Below, piece by piece: positions 45,368-45,523 of a stretch of DNA of 45,523 nucleotides (within the stretch, counting starts at the first letter, position 1; each line of letters starts with the position of its first letter). The translations under genes and the position numbers were made by a program. The notes beneath the pieces were generated by a model that was not told where the DNA came from, did no database searches, and saw only the letters and a list, made by a program, of their open reading frames with translations. The DNA is from Neovahlkampfia damariscottae (Eukaryota): NCBI GenBank assembly GCA_016618085.1, contig JABLTG010000153.1, positions 1 through 45,523 of the forward strand. The letters run 5' to 3'.

Positions 45368-45523
45368 TTTTGGGATTTGGGATTTGGGATTTGGGGTTTA
45401 GGGTTTGGGTTTGGGATTTGGGTTTGGGTTTGAGATTTTGGGTTTGGGTTTGGGTTTGGGTTTGGGTTTGGGTTTGGGTTTGGGTTTGGGTTTGGGTTTG
45501 GGTTTGGGTTGGGTTTGGGTTTG
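45368..45523 (+). repeat. Telomeric repeat array (TTTGGG)n with degenerate proximal units
   Basis: G-rich strand runs 5'->3' to the end of the sequence. Proximal variants GGGATTT, TTTAGGG and GAGATTTT grade into near-perfect GGGTTT. Confidence 0.93.

Overview
This is the right-hand end of a chromosome from a very AT-rich, extremely compact microbial eukaryote. The standard genetic code is used, GT-AG introns are about 27-40 nt, and many intergenic gaps are under 100 nt. Gene content (DUF4116 expansion, Fanzor2, RGS-START protein) suggests a heterolobosean amoeba; this is inference. The window opens in a frameshifted, internally deleted Fanzor2/TnpB-like element with a structured 3' end (candidate omegaRNA). 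It then runs through about 33 protein genes and one aberrant tRNA-like gene, and ends in a (TTTGGG)n telomere joined directly to an apparent coding exon. Highlights: (1) an unannotated two-exon Rdx/SelW-like selenoprotein with an in-frame UGA in an unusual SxxU motif and a complete SECIS hairpin (36557-36965); (2) a SPRY / beta-trefoil / PARP-like ADP-ribosyltransferase gene whose best model needs a single-nucleotide exon; (3) a tRNA-shaped RNA with intact Pol III boxes but a non-canonical anticodon loop and acceptor stem; (4) an AsnRS-core gene of a type I associate with giant viruses; (5) a cytochrome b5-acyl-CoA oxidase fusion; (6) a CCAAT motif just upstream of most start codons. Multi-exon gene coordinates were derived by hand and include introns. 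Family assignments come from motif recognition, not database searches.
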